DNA from: a virus
Taxonomy: Duplodnaviria; Caudoviricetes
IMG/VR virus record: IMGVR_UViG_3300021138_001458
Coordinates: 1-53,953 of that record
Reading direction: 5' to 3' (one strand)
DNA length: 53,953 nt
Under the pieces are notes generated by a model. The model was not told where the DNA came from. It did not search any database and saw only the letters and a program-made list of their open reading frames with translations. Made by a program: the position numbers and the translations under genes. This document shows positions 53,493 through 53,953 of the stretch, in pieces. Position 1 is the first letter of the stretch; each line of letters opens with the position of its first letter.

Positions 53493-53524
53493 CAAATATA
53501 TGAAATCTTTTTTGACTTTCCAAA
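53493..53524 (-). promoter_or_regulatory. Bacteroidota consensus promoter (TTTG / TATATTTG)
   Basis: TTTGGAAAGTCAAAAAAGATTTCATATATTTG is an exact match to the -33 TTTG / -7 TAnnTTTG consensus with a 20-nt spacer. Confidence 0.8.
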
Positions 53525-53531
53525 ACTATTT

Positions 53532-53953
53532 TTATGTTAATCTTATTTTTAATACACCACCAGTATGGTAAACACCTCCTACCGGTATTCCTCCGGCTGC
53601 TGCTGCTGTATCATTTGCAAAGTTTTTAGTCTGTATGGTTGGTGATACTAAGTTGTTAATATAAAGAGAGTAATTACAAGCTGCGGTTAATCCGCATCCT
53701 ATTGCTGCTGAATAGTCACCTGATACTGTGTTACTTTTACCACCCGGTATTATTCCATACTTTCCAGAAATAGTGTTGTTAAATCCACCACCTATTGTTG
53801 AATATTGGGAATATTGTCCAGAAATTTGATTATTATATCCACCACTTATTGTTGAGTAGAATGAATTAGTTCCAGAGATATTATTGTTAGTTCCTCCACC
53901 TATTGTTGAATATTGGGAATATTGTCCAGAAATTTGATTATTATATCCACCAC
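53532..53953 (-). CDS. C-terminal end of a fibre-like beta-repeat protein (5' end outside the window)
   Basis: Read manually: GGYNNQISGQYSQYSTIGGG repeats ending NFANDTAAAAGGIPVGGVYHTGGVLKIRLT*. Confidence 0.75.
   Translation of the reverse strand, partial: GGYNNQISGQYSQYSTIGGGTNNNISGTNSFYSTISGGYNNQISGQYSQYSTIGGGFNNTISGKYGIIPGGKSNTVSGDYSAAIGCGLTAACNYSLYINNLVSPTIQTKNFANDTAAAAGGIPVGGVYHTGGVLKIRLT
53788..53953. repeat. exact 58-bp direct repeat, period 108 bp (53788-53845 and 53896-53953)
   Basis: ccacctattgttgaatattgggaatattgtccagaaatttgattattatatccaccac occurs twice. Confidence 0.85.

Noticed and set aside
2446-53540. All plus-strand ORFs in the track (e.g. 5148..5510, 33924..34295, 48212..48526, 53193..53540)
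   Set aside because: They are antisense shadows of well-supported minus-strand genes, with no recognisable motifs or promoters.
1-53953. Stop-codon reassignment (TAG or TGA recoding, seen in some large phages)
   Set aside because: Conserved genes are full length under the standard code, and TAG (e.g. tail tube, 43924) and TGA (e.g. 17527) act as true stops.

Overview
A 54-kb segment of a large, T4-like contractile-tailed (myovirus) dsDNA bacteriophage. The host is most likely in Bacteroidota, because there are many TTG-N20-TAnnTTT(A/G) host-type promoters. All credible genes are on the minus strand and use the standard genetic code. In transcription order (right to left) the window holds: (1) tail-fibre-like genes with an APS kinase/sulfotransferase/glycosyltransferase cassette; (2) a tail module (sheath, tube, chaperone pair with a probable programmed frameshift, tape measure, baseplate/hub); (3) a replication/recombination module (a second truncated PolA-like gene, SSB, RecA/UvsX, DenV with an ATC start, 5'-3' exonuclease, helicase); (4) a class II ribonucleotide reductase fractured by a naturally split intein around a free-standing endonuclease; (5) a 7-deazaguanine DNA-modification cluster (QueD, QueE, FolE2, DpdL-like, DpdA-like, nucleotide kinase) beside dCTP deaminase and the family A DNA polymerase; (6) an Hsp20/GroES/GroEL chaperone block; (7) small early-type genes, a thyA remnant and two tRNAs. 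Six free-standing homing-endonuclease-like genes are present and all lie behind a TATTTAT late-type promoter. The most striking unexplained element is a ~95-125 nt structured RNA leader found in front of two unrelated endonucleases (GIY-YIG and HNH). It shows a compensatory loop-loop (kissing) pairing, a terminator-like arm and an upstream antisense arm. All calls come from reading motifs by eye; no database searches were run.
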